The notes: generated by a model not told the origin, from the sequence alone. A stretch of DNA of 64,000 bases from Octopus vulgaris (GCA_951406725.2 OX597822.1:47182001-47246000), one strand, 5' to 3'; shown: positions 1-12,978, counted from the first letter of the stretch. A program made the numbers and translations.

Positions 1-204
1 TATTGGGTAATGCGAAATGGTTCGATGTGTTTATATCTTTCTGTTTACAGCTAAAAATTTTCTCCATGAAAAAACTACAGTGAATGCGTTTTTTTATGAG
101 TTCAAATGAGCCGGAAGCATGTGCGAACTGGTAACAAGTTTTGTGTATGTGAGAGTGAGTGAGCGCTCGTGTACATGTTTGTGTAACAGTGTATATGTTT
201 GTGA

Positions 205-205
<1 letters not shown>

Positions 206-282
<77 letters not shown>
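206..282. repeat. (TG)n microsatellite, representative of the very many di-, tri- and tetranucleotide microsatellites in the window
   Basis: Pure TG run. (TA)n, (CA)n, (ACC)n, (ACT)n, (TACA)n, (TAGG)n and (TCTA)n runs recur throughout and account for most of the ORF track. Confidence 0.99.
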
Positions 283-284
<2 letters not shown>

Positions 285-872
285 GTGAGTGAGCGTGCGC
301 CTGATTTTGTGAAGAGGTGTATATAAAATATAATCTTACCCTTTGAATAATATACGTATAAATAAATGCATGGACACATCCCACAAAAGTATATTTGTGT
401 GTATATATATGGATATACATATATATATATATGCGTGCGTGTGTGTGTGTACATATACATATATATAAATTTGCGTATGCGTGTATGAATGGTTATATAT
501 ATATATATATATATACATATATATATGTGTGTATATATATATATAAATATTTGTGTGTGTCTGTCTTTGGTGGATGTCTTTACCACTTCAAAGGGATTAA
601 TACCCGCCAATTACAGCACTGTAATGAAACACCGTTCACTTGTTCACTGAGCTGCCCACCACCACCAACACCACCACCAGACGTAAATGTATGGAAGGAC
701 ACAGACTTCCCCCTCTGTTCTGACGCTTTTGTTTCCTCGTCTTCTTTTTTAGTCTCTTTCTCTTTTACTTCTTTTCCCTCGTCATATTCTCCACCCCAAC
801 TTCTTTACTTCTCTCCTGGAGCATAATGAATCCACCACCACCACCACCACCACTACCACTACCACCACCACC

Positions 873-904
<32 letters not shown>

Positions 905-921
905 CACCACCACCACCACCA

Positions 922-959
<38 letters not shown>

Positions 960-963
<4 letters not shown>

Positions 964-1169
964 TGCAGCGTGGAAGGTGTTTGTAAGCTATTTAAGAAAC
1001 ACACAAAAGCCGTTCGATTCACTTCAACAGCACGGATTTTTGTCAGTGAACAGGTCGCGGATTTTAGCGACGAAAATATTTTGACAAATTAAACTTAAAT
1101 GTTGAAGTGAATCGAACGGCTTTTGTGTGTTTCTTAAATGGCTTACAAACACCTTCCACGCTGCAATTG
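960..1169. repeat. Inverted repeat with 70-bp arms and 70-bp spacer, embedded in (TA)n; probably a Penelope-like element end with inversion
   Basis: 960-1029 (caattgcagcgtggaagg...cacttcaaca) is the reverse complement of 1100-1169 with about one mismatch. Confidence 0.85.
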
Positions 1170-1319
1170 TTTTCGTTTCAGCACATGATCTCAGATCAAA
1201 TTACTTGCTATGCGAGTACATCTCCGTAATATATATATATACTAGCTGAAAGTGACCCGCTCTACGCGCGGGTAAGAGTGTAGTTGTTACTTTCTGTTGC
1301 TTCCTTTCAGCACCTAAAA

Positions 1320-1623
1320 AGCACCATCCAAACGTGACCGATTGCAGCGCCGCCTTGACTGGCTTCTGTGCCGGTGGCACGTAAAAAGCACCAACTGATC
1401 GTTGCCGCTGCGAGCCCCCTGGCACCTGTGCCGGCGGCACGAAAAAAGCACCCACTACACTCACAGAGTGGTTGGCGTTAGGAAGGTCATCCACCTGTAG
1501 AAACACTGCCAGATCAGACTGGAGCCTGGTGCAGCCTCCTGGCTTCCCAGACCCCGGTCAAACTGTCCAACCCGTGCTAGCACGGAAAACGGACGTTAAA
1601 CGATGATGATGATGATGATGATT
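1320..1623 (+). mobile_element. SINE 3' portion ending in a (GAT)n tail
   Basis: Internal repeat gccggtggcacgtaaaaagcacc, then gagtggttggcgttaggaagg..., ending gttaaacgatgatgatgat. Confidence 0.75.
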
Positions 1624-1940
1624 CTCCCTCTTTGTTTCTCTCTCCTTTCTCACTTTCCCATTCTCTTACTTTTCTTTTCTCTCGGACTCTCCCTCGCTTT
1701 CTCTTACTCTCTATCTTTATCTATCTCTCTCCCATTTATAAACAACAAAAGATCTTGAGTAAGTTGAGAAATAAAATATTTGGAAAGATCAATCATAAAT
1801 ATCAGGCAGTGGCAACGGAAAGGTCTGCTTCAAGGCAGACAGCAAAACACTAACATTTAAAAGGGACAGACGAACTTGCGAGCTGAATAAAAATAATAAA
1901 ATATTGGAAACCAAAGTTTGAAGGGATAGAATCTGAGGAT

Positions 1941-2192
1941 AGTAGAGTCACCATGGCTGGCATTTCTTAACGACGGACAGCAACGTATTGACAGTTTAAC
2001 GGCTGGCGTAAAATTTTGAACTTGATGTAAAAGAAATTGGTAAACACCAATTTTTGAAGTGATTCTTTCTCACGACAGTAGACTCACCATAGCAAGCATT
2101 CAAAACTTCTTCATCATGGACGGCAACACATTGACGATTAAAAGGCTGGCGCAAATTTTTTAGCTTGGTGTAACAGAGAATTCCTAAACACC
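1941..2192. repeat. Diverged tandem duplication, about 137-bp period
   Basis: agtagagtcaccatgg...ggctggcgtaaaatttt...taaacacc (1941-2048) recurs as agtagactcaccatag...ggctggcgcaaatttt...taaacacc (2077-2192). Confidence 0.8.
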
Positions 2193-3074
2193 CGCTCCTT
2201 TGAATTTTAATCCCCTTCCAGCCCCATTAAGACCCCTTTTCACATTTTGGCTAATATAACCCGATTTCATTCGGGTGTACTGGGGCCACATTTTATAAGA
2301 TGAGGAATTTTGTCCTAGAAGTCACGCCTTTCATTTGAGGGAAAAAATATGTGTGTGTGCACGCATTATATATACAAATGTATACAAATTATATATGTAT
2401 ATATATATGTATAAATTAAATTAGAGATTAAACCACTAATAGGCAAATCAAACAGTGAAAAACCAAAAACAAAAACATAAAAATAAAAATATAATATAGA
2501 AAATATATAAAATATAAAATTAAAAAATTTAAATTATTAAATTATATTTATAATTTGTTTAAAAATATATATAACTATCAAAAAGTATTAAAAAGTTTAA
2601 TATACATAAATACAGATATATACACTTTGTATATATACATTATATATACATATTTATATATCGAACACACACACACACATATAAATGAACGCAATAAATA
2701 TCTGATTCATAATATTTGTTCTCATGATTGTGTGTTTGTGGTGGCGATGATAATTCTCTCTATGAATGCAGACAGCGAGATAACGCCGTTTGACGAAGTG
2801 AAAGTGATGGGAAGGTAGGAAATAGAGTGAGTGAAAAAGTGCTGGGAAGGGAGGAAATAGCGTGAGTGAGTGAGGAAGACAGATACATTAAAGAATGGGA
2901 GTGGACTTGTCAAAGTGGGTTTTTGGCCGTAGTAACGACACCTTTTAAAATAGGGATTTCTAACGTAGCCCACGGGCATCGTCACTTCATTTTACATGTC
3001 CGTGTAAATTTTGTAGTCAATCCGACGGGATGTAGTGGTCTTGAAAGCGATCCAAGCGGTCCAAACGCATTTCA

Positions 3075-3127
<53 letters not shown>

Positions 3128-3139
3128 ACGTATGTATGT

Positions 3140-3502
3140 ATAAGGAATACCAAAAATGGGACAAAAACGTAAAACATCCAGTTAGATGATACAAAAAAAC
3201 AACAAAACATCCAGACAGACGATACAAAGGACGGGTCATTCGGAGTTTTCTTTCTTCAGTCGAGTTCCAGATTATCTTTGCAGTTTCGGCAGGTTATACT
3301 CAAGATTGCTCCAATCTGGCCAGCCCCAAGGAAAAACTAAGCTAAGAACACTAGATTTCTTGGAAGAAAGTACCGAATGTATACGAAAACAAGGACAGTA
3401 ACAACGGAGAAATTGTGCACAAATACAAATGCAAATAAAACATTAATAACAGGTGTCTTTCGACTAAGAACAAATTAAATTAAGCTGGCCTGTGTTGAAG
3501 TG

Positions 3503-3503
<1 letters not shown>
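3140..3503. mobile_element. Interspersed repeat inserted between (TA)n tracts, likely Penelope-derived
   Basis: Complex sequence bounded by (TA)n on both sides; family assignment is by resemblance only. Confidence 0.4.
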
Positions 3504-3565
<62 letters not shown>

Positions 3566-3574
3566 TATATATGT

Positions 3575-3780
3575 GTGTGTATGTATTTGTTCCTCCACCA
3601 TCGCTTAACAACCGATGCTGGTGTGTTTACGTCCCCGTAACTTAGCGATTCGGAAAAAGAAAACGATAGACTAGGCTTTCAAAGAATAAGTCCTGGGGTC
3701 GATTTGTTCCACTAAATGCGGTGCTCCAGCATGGCCACAGTTAAATGACTGAAAAAAAAAGAGTAAAAGTGAAAGAGTAA
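3575..3780 (+). mobile_element. CORE-type octopus SINE, 3' half
   Basis: accgatgctggtgtgtttacgtccccgtaacttagc...gcatggccacagttaaatgactgaa matches the full copy at 15257-15667. Confidence 0.9.
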
Positions 3781-4803
3781 TCATATGGAATCATCTCAAG
3801 GCACTGCACTTATTCTATCGGTCTCTTCTGCCGAACCGCTAAGTTACGGGGACGTAAACACACCAGCATCGGTTGTCAAGCGATGGGGTGGGGGCAAATA
3901 CACACACACAAATACATATATACACACAAACATACACTTTTCGGCAGGCGAGGTCCTACTTCAGCCCTCACTGCCTCACTCAACGAAGCCTATAAGCTAA
4001 GGGTCGAAACGTTCGTGACTGTAAGATACCTGCTGTTGATACAAAACCCTTTCCAGCATAACGATGGAGTTAGAAGGGCTTGCAAAATCCCCGAGTTTCC
4101 CCCGCAGTTTCTGTGTGGAGTAAAAGAATCTCCGATGTTGCCCGTCAAAGTAGTCGGACCGTTCTCCGTAGCCTACATGAAATAGTAGCCAAATTTCCTT
4201 CAAGTTCACACCCAATCGTCTTAAAAATGGAAGAGACTTGTTTATTCAGGCTAACGTGGACCTTGACACATTAAAACCTGTATTTCTCAAAGTCGGCGTG
4301 TGTAATCAGGATGAAAAGAGCGGTGGTGGGGCGTGAGGTGTCTTTTATATTTTACTAGTTTCACTCATTGGACTGCGACCACACTGAGACACCACTTTGA
4401 AGGCTTTTAGTCAAGCATATGGTGCTTGTTTTATTGGCCTGTTTTGCCGAGCTGCTAGGGTGGGATCATAAACAAACTAATAGTGGTTGTCAAGCGCCGG
4501 CGGTGGATTAACACACACACACATACTTACAGAAATACACTCATACATTCACACATAGATACATACATACATACATGCATACATACATACATACATACAT
4601 ACATACATACATACATACATACATACATACATACATAACAGATCAGCTGTGATAAGATATTCCAGGCTTTTATCCTGGAAAGTATCTATGAGTATCTGAA
4701 AAATTGAAAGGTGGCAATCCCCTTATATGAATATATATATATATAAAACTTGCTTGGATGAGGATGCGTGGCGTTCAATCATATAATTATATAAATAATA
4801 TAT

Positions 4804-4834
<31 letters not shown>

Positions 4835-5011
4835 GGCACAGTATGTCACGAAACGTATACAATAAAAGAATACGAAGTACGAGTACATGGAATATGAATT
4901 ATTTTTTCGAACAACGAAAGACAGAAATGGAAAGCAAGACAAGCAACATAAAGAACGTCCCTTCGTCAGGTGTTCGCTGTTTTTCTACTCTCGTATTTAG
5001 ACCATTTAACA

Positions 5012-5072
<61 letters not shown>

Positions 5073-5625
5073 GAGAGTGAGAGACAGACAGACAGAGAGG
5101 GAGAGAGTCGTGATGCACCAAGGCACCAATGTTTACTGGAAATAGCAGTCGATATATATATCTATATATGAGAGACAGATAGACAGAGGCAGAGAGATGG
5201 ATAGATAGGTAGGTAGGTAGGTAGGTAGGTAGGTAGGTAGGTAGGTAGGTAGGTAGATATACTGGGTGCAGTGTATACGTTTGCCCAGTATTTAAGATAA
5301 TTTACCCATTATTCAAGCATAAGTTGAAACATTCTTATACGCAAAAGCTGTTGTAAATGTTGTATACCGTTCCCTAACCTTATTTTGTCCTATTGTTTAT
5401 TCTTAATTAAATATGGTGACTCGAATAAAAGAATTGTGAGGTGATAAAACAGATGAATAAACAATTAAGCGCTATGGTAAAAGCAAGGAGAGGCCATTTT
5501 GAATTGTAAATATCTGTGAAATACTGTCAATAAATATAACAGTTGGCCAGTAAAATTTTCAACAACTAAAACTTTAAAATTTTTTTATTTTATGATAAAA
5601 TGAATGATTGGTAACCTGTCAGACA

Positions 5626-5761
5626 ATGGCAATCGATATAATCCCTCGCGTTTGGGTGTCTTTTGCGGAATCCGATCTGCTGCAAGTATTTGGACCTCGT
5701 CTCCAATCCAAGAATACCTCTCGCCCACCAGTTTCCATGGTCTTGAAAAGAAATGTAGGCA
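5626..5761 (+). CDS. Candidate first coding exon (MAIDIIPRVWVSFAESDLLQVFGPRLQSKNTSRPPVSMVLKRNVG), phase-1 donor
   Basis: acaATGG start context, 45 open codons, donor GCA|GTGAGT; a complex, higher-GC island between AT-rich flanks. No homolog recognised. Confidence 0.3.
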
Positions 5762-5955
5762 GTGAGTGGCCTTCTATCCTGAGTAAAAAAGACTGAAAAC
5801 AAATCAAAGGAAAGTTTATATCTTACTTTTTTTTCTTTATTTTCTGGTGGTGTTACATCGAGCCTCTGAAAATCATAAAAATATCAAGTTGTGAAGAGCT
5901 ACGACTGTAACACTGCCTAGTTTCAGAAGTTACTAACTTGCTGCTGCTGCTGCTG

Positions 5956-6011
<56 letters not shown>

Positions 6012-6033
6012 GATTTGTACCTTTTGACCTACA

Positions 6034-6387
6034 GATTTAAAAAATAATTTTTTGTAACTAAACACTTTCAGACTTCGGACACTGGTAGATTGTGTCATAT
6101 AAAACATCTTTTACTCTTAGCATTTTTGAGAAAAAACCTATATTTACGAAGTTATTTCACGTTAAAGTAGTCCCGTTTCGGTAATTTCAACCAATCAATG
6201 ACGTGTATTCAGCTGAATAAAATTACTGCCGTTGTTTGTCAACAACTATCGGCGGTGCGTTTTTCGTTTATCACTGTTATTTATGACATTGTTCGTGCGT
6301 TTGTACTGGTTTTAAGGTTTTAGGGTTAGGGTTGTCATAAATGACAGTGACAAACGAAATATACACCGCCGGAAGTTCTTGTTGACA
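6034..6387 (+). mobile_element. Truncated MITE related to the GGATCTTTTC-TIR family, with an internal hairpin around TTAGGG repeats
   Basis: Shares aaacac...cttcg..actggtaga.tgtg and tttcaaccaatcaatgacgt with 7951-8360; inverted arms span 6237-6387. Confidence 0.7.
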
Positions 6388-6388
6388 G

Positions 6389-6419
<31 letters not shown>

Positions 6420-6420
6420 G

Positions 6421-6482
<62 letters not shown>

Positions 6483-6582
6483 GCTACTGCTGCTGCTGCT
6501 GCTGCTACTACTAGCAACCACCACCACCACAACCACCACCACCACCACCACCACCACCACCACCACCACCACCACCACCACC

Positions 6583-6637
<55 letters not shown>

Positions 6638-6641
6638 ACCA
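6388..6641. repeat. Compound (ACT)n/(GCT)n/(ACC)n microsatellite
   Basis: Read directly; source of the poly-L/T/V/S ORFs. Confidence 0.99.
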
Positions 6642-6895
6642 CATGTAATACGTAGATGCAATAAAGGACGTACCATTGACAAAAACCCCCCACTGGATAA
6701 TGTAATTCAAGATACACTTGATCAGAAAAGCAATAATAACAAAAGACAAAATTGAGACGAGACGGTCATGCTTGGAATATATTTCGTTTGCTTGATCTCC
6801 TCGGTAGGCCTGATATGGAGAGCTCAGCAAGAACCACCTTCTAATAACTAGTGACAATCATGGAGGCGGCGGCGGCGGCGGCGGCTAATACTACA

Positions 6896-6929
<34 letters not shown>

Positions 6930-7950
6930 TACCACTCCGCCGAAACTGATAACCTTATCTCTTTCTATTTGTTTATCTCTTTCTCTCCTTCACATACACA
7001 TATATACATTCTTACACACATGCGAACTCAGCCGCTTTTACATCCAACCCACCACCACCACCACCACCACCACCACAACCACCATTACCTCTTTCCTTAG
7101 CCCCATTTCGCTTGCTCTACCGTCACCTCTTCGCATTCTTACAAACGCTGCAGCCCATAACTCACCTTAAGCCCCTACCACCACTATAATCACTAGCACC
7201 CTTCCCCGCCATTACCTCGCCCCCACCTAGTCACATCAGTCATAGCTCCTTCATACAGCCTAATGGGAAGGGAGAGAGAGAGCGAGAGACTCCCCCCTCT
7301 TTTAGCATACTATTCACCCACCTCAAAACTCCAACCATCTACACCCTCCATTGACACTAACACCTTACCTTGGAGAAGGAAGAGGGCGGGGGAGGGGAGA
7401 AGCTAGTCCATGACGACCAGTGTCGCCTTAACGATCATCACTTGCAACACCAGTATCGACACATTCGCCCCTTCACCACCACTACCACCACCAACACCAC
7501 CATCACCACTATTACTACCACGATCGTTGTCGTCGCCGTGGTCTTCATCATCATCATCATCATCATCATCATAATGCCAACGCTAAATCCTCGCAAGTAT
7601 CTATTATAATTTTCTTTTTTAATCTTTTACTCGTTTTGGTCACTGGACTGCGGCCATGCTGGGGCAACCACCTCGAAGGGTGTTAGCCGAACAAATCGAC
7701 CCCAGTACTTATGTTGAAGCTTGTTAGTTTGTCTCTGCCGAACAGCTAGTTTACAGCAACGCAAACAAACCAACACTTGTTGTCAAGTGGTTGGTGGTAG
7801 AACAAACATAAATACAAAGACACACACACATAGATATAGAGATACACGCGGTCTTTGGTTCGGTCCCACTGCATGGCACCTTCAGCAAGTGTCTCCTACT
7901 ACAGCCGACCAAAACCTTGTAAGTGGATTTCGTAAACGCACATTGAAAAG

Positions 7951-8360
7951 AGCTCTTTTCGAATTGAACGGCAGTTTTTAAAAATAATTTTCACGTAACT
8001 AAACACTTTTAAACTTCGTATACTGGTAGAATGTGCTTATAAAAAATCTTTGTCTCTTGGCTTTATTGAGAAAATTCTATAGTTTGTAAGATATTTGTTG
8101 TTTTTTCTTCAATTTCTGCAATTTCAACCAATCAATGACGTCTATTGAAGTGAAAACATTCTGTGCCGTATGAATAGTCCCTCGTTTAAGAAACAGATTG
8201 GGTTTATTTACATTTCTGAAGAAAAAAAAAGATACCCTTCCCCTCACCCCTAATCCTAAAACAGATTGAAATGCAATAGATCGATACTAGGGTCATAATT
8301 ATGGGTGACAATTTCATATGACACTGCTAGAAAAAACTGCCGTTCAAACCGAAAAGATCC
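7951..8360 (+). mobile_element. ~410-bp MITE with GGATCTTTTCGGTTTGAACGGCAG-type TIR, inserted in a SINE
   Basis: Left end ctcttttcgaattgaacggcagtttt, right end aaaactgccgttcaaaccgaaaagatcc; inverted homolog at 21411-21818. Confidence 0.85.
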
Positions 8361-9159
8361 CCATCGGGGCTTGCTTTCAAATGCGAGACCACATGGTTGA
8401 AAAAGCAAGCTTCCTACCACACAGCTAAATTACCGGAGTTGTTAAGTATTCCTCTCCAGCAACCTTTATACTGTCACAATAACAGCAACACTACCCAATA
8501 TATCAAACGACCACAACTGACTGACAGACAGACAGCACTAGCGCCACCTTTCTTACAATCATCTTCTATTACTCCGTCTACCTTATAGTCCAGAGACCTC
8601 CTCCACTACTCTGTCTTGCTTTCTACTCCGCCCATAACTACCACCATCTCTGTCTCCACCACCACCTATTGCACTATCTACCGTACTACTAACAACACCT
8701 TTACCAATGGACAGGTCTTGCTTCTGATTGCACCTCCATCGTCACCTTCACCGCCAACTACATACTGGAGGGTGGTCCTGACTTTCTCTCTCTCTCTCTC
8801 TCTCTCTCTTTCTCCCTACCCACTTTCAGTCCTTCAACCTCGTGTGCTGGTAGGTATCACAAAATATAGAGAAGGAAGACGGAAGGAGAAGATGTAGAGA
8901 AGTTAAAGAACGCAACCGATGAAAAAGTTACTTTAAAAAAAAAAACGGAATGAGGGTAACCAAGTAAAGAAATAAGGTTGAAATGGGAAGAGGAGAGAGG
9001 GGGTAGGAGAAAGAGGAAAAGAGTGAGGGAGGAGGAAGTAGCAGGCAGTGATGTATATATAAAGAGAGAGGGGAAGAAGGGATAGATCCCTTACATTAAT
9101 ATATATTATATTAATGTAAGGGAACTCTCTCTCCCTCTCTCTTTCTCTTCTCTCTCCCT

Positions 9160-9208
<49 letters not shown>

Positions 9209-9549
9209 CTATATATATATATATATATGTAACTGGGCAAGATCAAGGAAGGGATTTGTTAGGGAAGGGGAGTCAGGTCAGATGTGTAGGGTTCTGGGTA
9301 AGAAGCTTAAGAAGGAGGTCAGTGTGAAGAAAAAAGTAAGGTGCCTTTTTTTTTATTACTTTAAGTAGTAGGGTTGGAAGTGTTGTTTCAGTTATTGTTG
9401 GTGGTGGTGTTAAGGATGAAATGTGTTGGTAGTAGTTTTGGCAGATGACGGTGGTGTTGAGGGTGGTGGCAAAAAAAGTGAGGAATGATGTTGGTGATTC
9501 TTTTTGTTTAAAACCCCTCAAAACTGCTCCGTCTTTATTCTTTTACTTC

Positions 9550-9719
9550 TTACCGTCATTTGACTGCGGCCATGCTGGAGCACCGCCTTTAGTCGAACAA
9601 ATCGACCCCATGATTTATTCTTTGTTAGCTTAGTACTTATTCTATCGGTCTCTTTTGCCGCTAAGTTACGGGGACGTAAACACACCAACATCGGTTGTCA
9701 AGCGATGTTAGGGGGACAA

Positions 9720-9752
<33 letters not shown>

Positions 9753-9881
9753 CGAGGGGCTTATTTCAGTTTCCGTCTACCAGATCCACGCACAAGACTT
9801 TGGTCGGTCCGAGGCTATAGTAGAAGACACGTGCCCAAGGTGCCACGCAGTGGGACTGAACCCGGAACCACTCCTACGCCT
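9550..9881 (-). mobile_element. CORE-type octopus SINE, near full length
   Basis: Reverse complement of the 15257-15667 family, with B-box-like ggttcagtccc and CORE-like ccttgggcacgtgtctt. Confidence 0.92.
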
Positions 9882-9902
9882 ATATTTCTTTATTAAGAAA
9901 TA

Positions 9903-10113
9903 ATCCTTTCTATTCGGGCACAAAGCCCGAAATTTGGAGGAGGGGGGGCTAGTCGATTTCATCGACCTCAGTGCGTAACTGGTACTTATTTAATCGACCC
10001 CGAAAGGATGAAAGGCAAAAGATCTGCAAAGTCGACCCTGGTGGAATTTGAACCCAAAACGTAGCAGCAGACGAAATACCGCTAAGTGTTAACGATTCTG
10101 CCAGTTCGCCGCC
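9903..10113 (-). mobile_element. Nin/Deu-domain-type tRNA-derived SINE
   Basis: Contains the reverse complement of gcctttcatcctttcggggtcgattaaataagtaccag and the head ggcggcgaactggcagaatcgtta. Confidence 0.9.
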
Positions 10114-10736
10114 TTGTTATTAAGAAATAATGTCGGACTGAATACTACATATCGAATGCCCTTCCGTTATTTCAAGATGGTCGTGTGAACTATTTTTTAT
10201 CTTTTATTTGTATAAACTGCGGCCATGCTGGTGCACCCGACTAGTAAGTCGAACAAATCAACCATATTACTTATTCCTTTAAGTGGGGTACTTATCCCTT
10301 TGTCGAATCGCAAATTTACGGGGACATAAACAAACCGACAACGGTTGTCAAGCATGGTGAGGAACAAACGAAGGACACATACAGCCATGCAGTGAGGCTG
10401 ATCCGGAACCCACATGGTTGCAAAGCGGGTTTCTCAATCACATCCTCAATGTCTGAGGATGATTTAGCTGCTATTTCCAACGGGTTGAGCAACTACGTCG
10501 CCTCCTATAGTAATGATGGTGAAGAATTTCATTAGTGTTGGCGACGGTGGTGGTGGTTTGAGGTGGTGGTATTATTGGTCGAGGTGGTTGTCATGGCAGT
10601 GGTAGGATGTTACTATTGAGACCTCGTTGCTAATGATGGTGGTGGGAGGAGTCGGCGATAATAGTGGTTACGGTGGTCGAGTTTGTTGTGAAGTTGGTGG
10701 TTACATTGCCGGTGATGGTAACTGGTTTTCAAGATG

Positions 10737-10772
<36 letters not shown>

Positions 10773-10915
10773 ATAGTAGTACTGGTGCTGATGGTGGTGG
10801 TGGTTGAGGATAAGGGAAGATGAGTGGATAAGACGGGAAGTTATGATTGAAATTTGGCGGTAAAATGAAGGTAAAATAGGGGCCGAAAATAAGAGTTATA
10901 GAGTTTGTATTAGAG

Positions 10916-11121
10916 CTACGGTTCTCAACCATTTTTTGCCTATGATTCTTATTTTACTCAGCTGGACCCCATAGCTATTCGATGTTTTTTTTTTCTTCTT
11001 ATAATTAAATATTAAGAATTATATTAAAAAATGTTAAAATATTTTGTTTATTATAGAAGTGAATCAATTTATTTCATAATCTTTAACAAGATCTTATATG
11101 AACTCCGGTTGAAAACCGCTG
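10916..11121. mobile_element. hAT (Charlie-like) MITE
   Basis: TIRs ctacggttctcaacc / ggttgaaaaccgctg; 8-bp TSD tattagag / ttttagag (7/8 match). Confidence 0.8.
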
Positions 11122-12724
11122 TTTTAGAGATAATAAAAATGAAGGAAGACGAGAAAGTTAAATTTCGTGAGAAGAAACTTGAAAGTGTAAGAAGAAATAG
11201 ATGATGGTGGAAAAAGATAAGCGAGAAAAGAGAGCGAAAGTGTGAAAAATCTTAGAGAAACTTGTGGGTTGATGTAAAGAAAAATGAACAACGTGAGAGG
11301 TTGATCAGAAAGAAGGGGTGTAATATGGAAAGAGAGAGAGTAAGAAAGAAGTTAAACAATTGATAATGATTGGAAGGGGGATAAAGTAAGAGAAAGGAAG
11401 TTAGAAGAGAAATGATAGACGAAGGGAAAAAGAAATGATAACGAAGAGAAGTTACAGAAGAGAGCGAAATAGAGAGAGAGAAAGAAAAGAGAATATTCAA
11501 AAAGAAGGACGTGAGTTAAGTAAAAGTTGGAAGAAAACTGTGTCTGCTAGAAAGAGGCGGAGAATAAATTTCAGGAGGGGACGAAGAAAGGAAGTGAGGG
11601 AAAAAGAGACAGAGAAAAAGGGAACAGTAGGTAGGTATATATACAGAAGAAGGGACAATAGACATGAGGGAGAGAGAGAGGATTATAAAAGTACACAACC
11701 CTCTTTCAACGGTAGGCGACCACATTTACATGTTTGTTCTGTTTCGTTTTTTTTTTTATGGAGAGCTAGTTGATCTATAAAATTTTGTTTTCATGTGATA
11801 TTGCGTTAGAAAAAGTGTGGCATCCAGATGGATATTTCACTGAGGCTGTTCTGCCTTCCAAACTCACCCAACGTTTCAACAGGTGGCATGATGTCTTTTG
11901 GATTTGTACAACTTACTTCGTTATTCTATTGCAGCGTTTTTAGGAAAATATATCTTTTTCTCTTATTTTATGTATTTTTTCTACTTTTTTCAGTCCTCAA
12001 AGTGCGGCCATGCTGGTGCACCGCTTCCATCAGTTGACTGACCCCAGATGACCCACTGCGTGTACTTTGCTCGAGTGTCTTCTACTATAACTTTGTGAGT
12101 GAGTTTGGTAGGAAACTGAAAGAAGCCCGTCATATGTGAGTGTGTGTGCGCGTGTGCATGTGTATTTGAACCCAGTACCGCTTGATAATCAGTGTTGGTT
12201 TGTTTATTCTCCCATATCTTAGCGGTTCGGCTCAGGGGACGATGTAATAAGTACCAGACTTTTAAGAAATAAGTACAGGGTTCGATTCGTTCGACTAGAA
12301 TTTTTCGAGGCGGTGCATGGCCGCAGTCGAATGACCAGAAGAACTTTTTTTAAAATTCCCATAATTAATTCCTTTACTGAAACCAACATTGTTCGTGTTA
12401 TTGTAGTTCATATCATGAAAGGAAACGAATGAAAAATATCACTTCCTATCACTGTTTATAAAGGTTTCTACTATCGACGTAAGGCCTGGAATTTGATGAG
12501 AGGGGGATAATCGATCATATCAACCCAGTACTATACTGGTACTTAATTTATGGACCCCGAAAGGATGTAAGGCAAAGTTGACCTTCGCGGCATTTGAACT
12601 TGCAACGTAGCGACGGGCGAAATACCACTAAATATTTCGCCCGGAATAGTAACGATTCTGCCAGCTCGTCGCCTTATAAAGGTTATTAATACCAATCCAA
12701 AAATATATATAGGTGTGTGTGTGT

Positions 12725-12978
12725 GGAGGCGCAATGGCCCAGTGGTTAGGGCAGTGGACTAGCGGTCGTAGGATCGCGGTTTCGATTCCCAGATTAGGAA
12801 TCCGGCAAGGGGTGGTGGCGATCCCTGCTGTACTCTTTCGCCACAACTTTCTCTCACTCTTTCTTGTTGGCCTGCTCGCTTAGCCAGCGGTGTGGCGTCG
12901 TTTGAAGGCTAAAACAATGCGAAGCGCATTGTGACCAGCGATGTGTAGCAACATCTGACAGCTTGGTTGGTCACGTGA
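12725..12978 (+). mobile_element. tRNA-derived SINE (OR-like head)
   Basis: A box tggcccagtggtt, B box ggtttcgattcc; related copy at 26077-26363; its 3' part recurs inverted at 14489-14596. Confidence 0.88.

Larger units (their letters stand above)
1242..3080 (-). mobile_element. Non-autonomous Helitron-like element carrying nested insertions
   Basis: On the minus strand the 3' end is hairpin CCCGCGCGTAGAGCGGG followed by CTAG|T (1242-1271). A Helitron-type 5' end (TATATATAAAACTGAAATGCG...AAATTTACAC) lies near 3080. Linking these two ends is inferred. Confidence 0.55.

Noticed and set aside
12725-12792. tRNA gene-like sequence (also at 26295-26363, 22430-22497, 33072-33160)
   Set aside because: A and B boxes continue into SINE bodies, several with TSDs; no complete cloverleaf.
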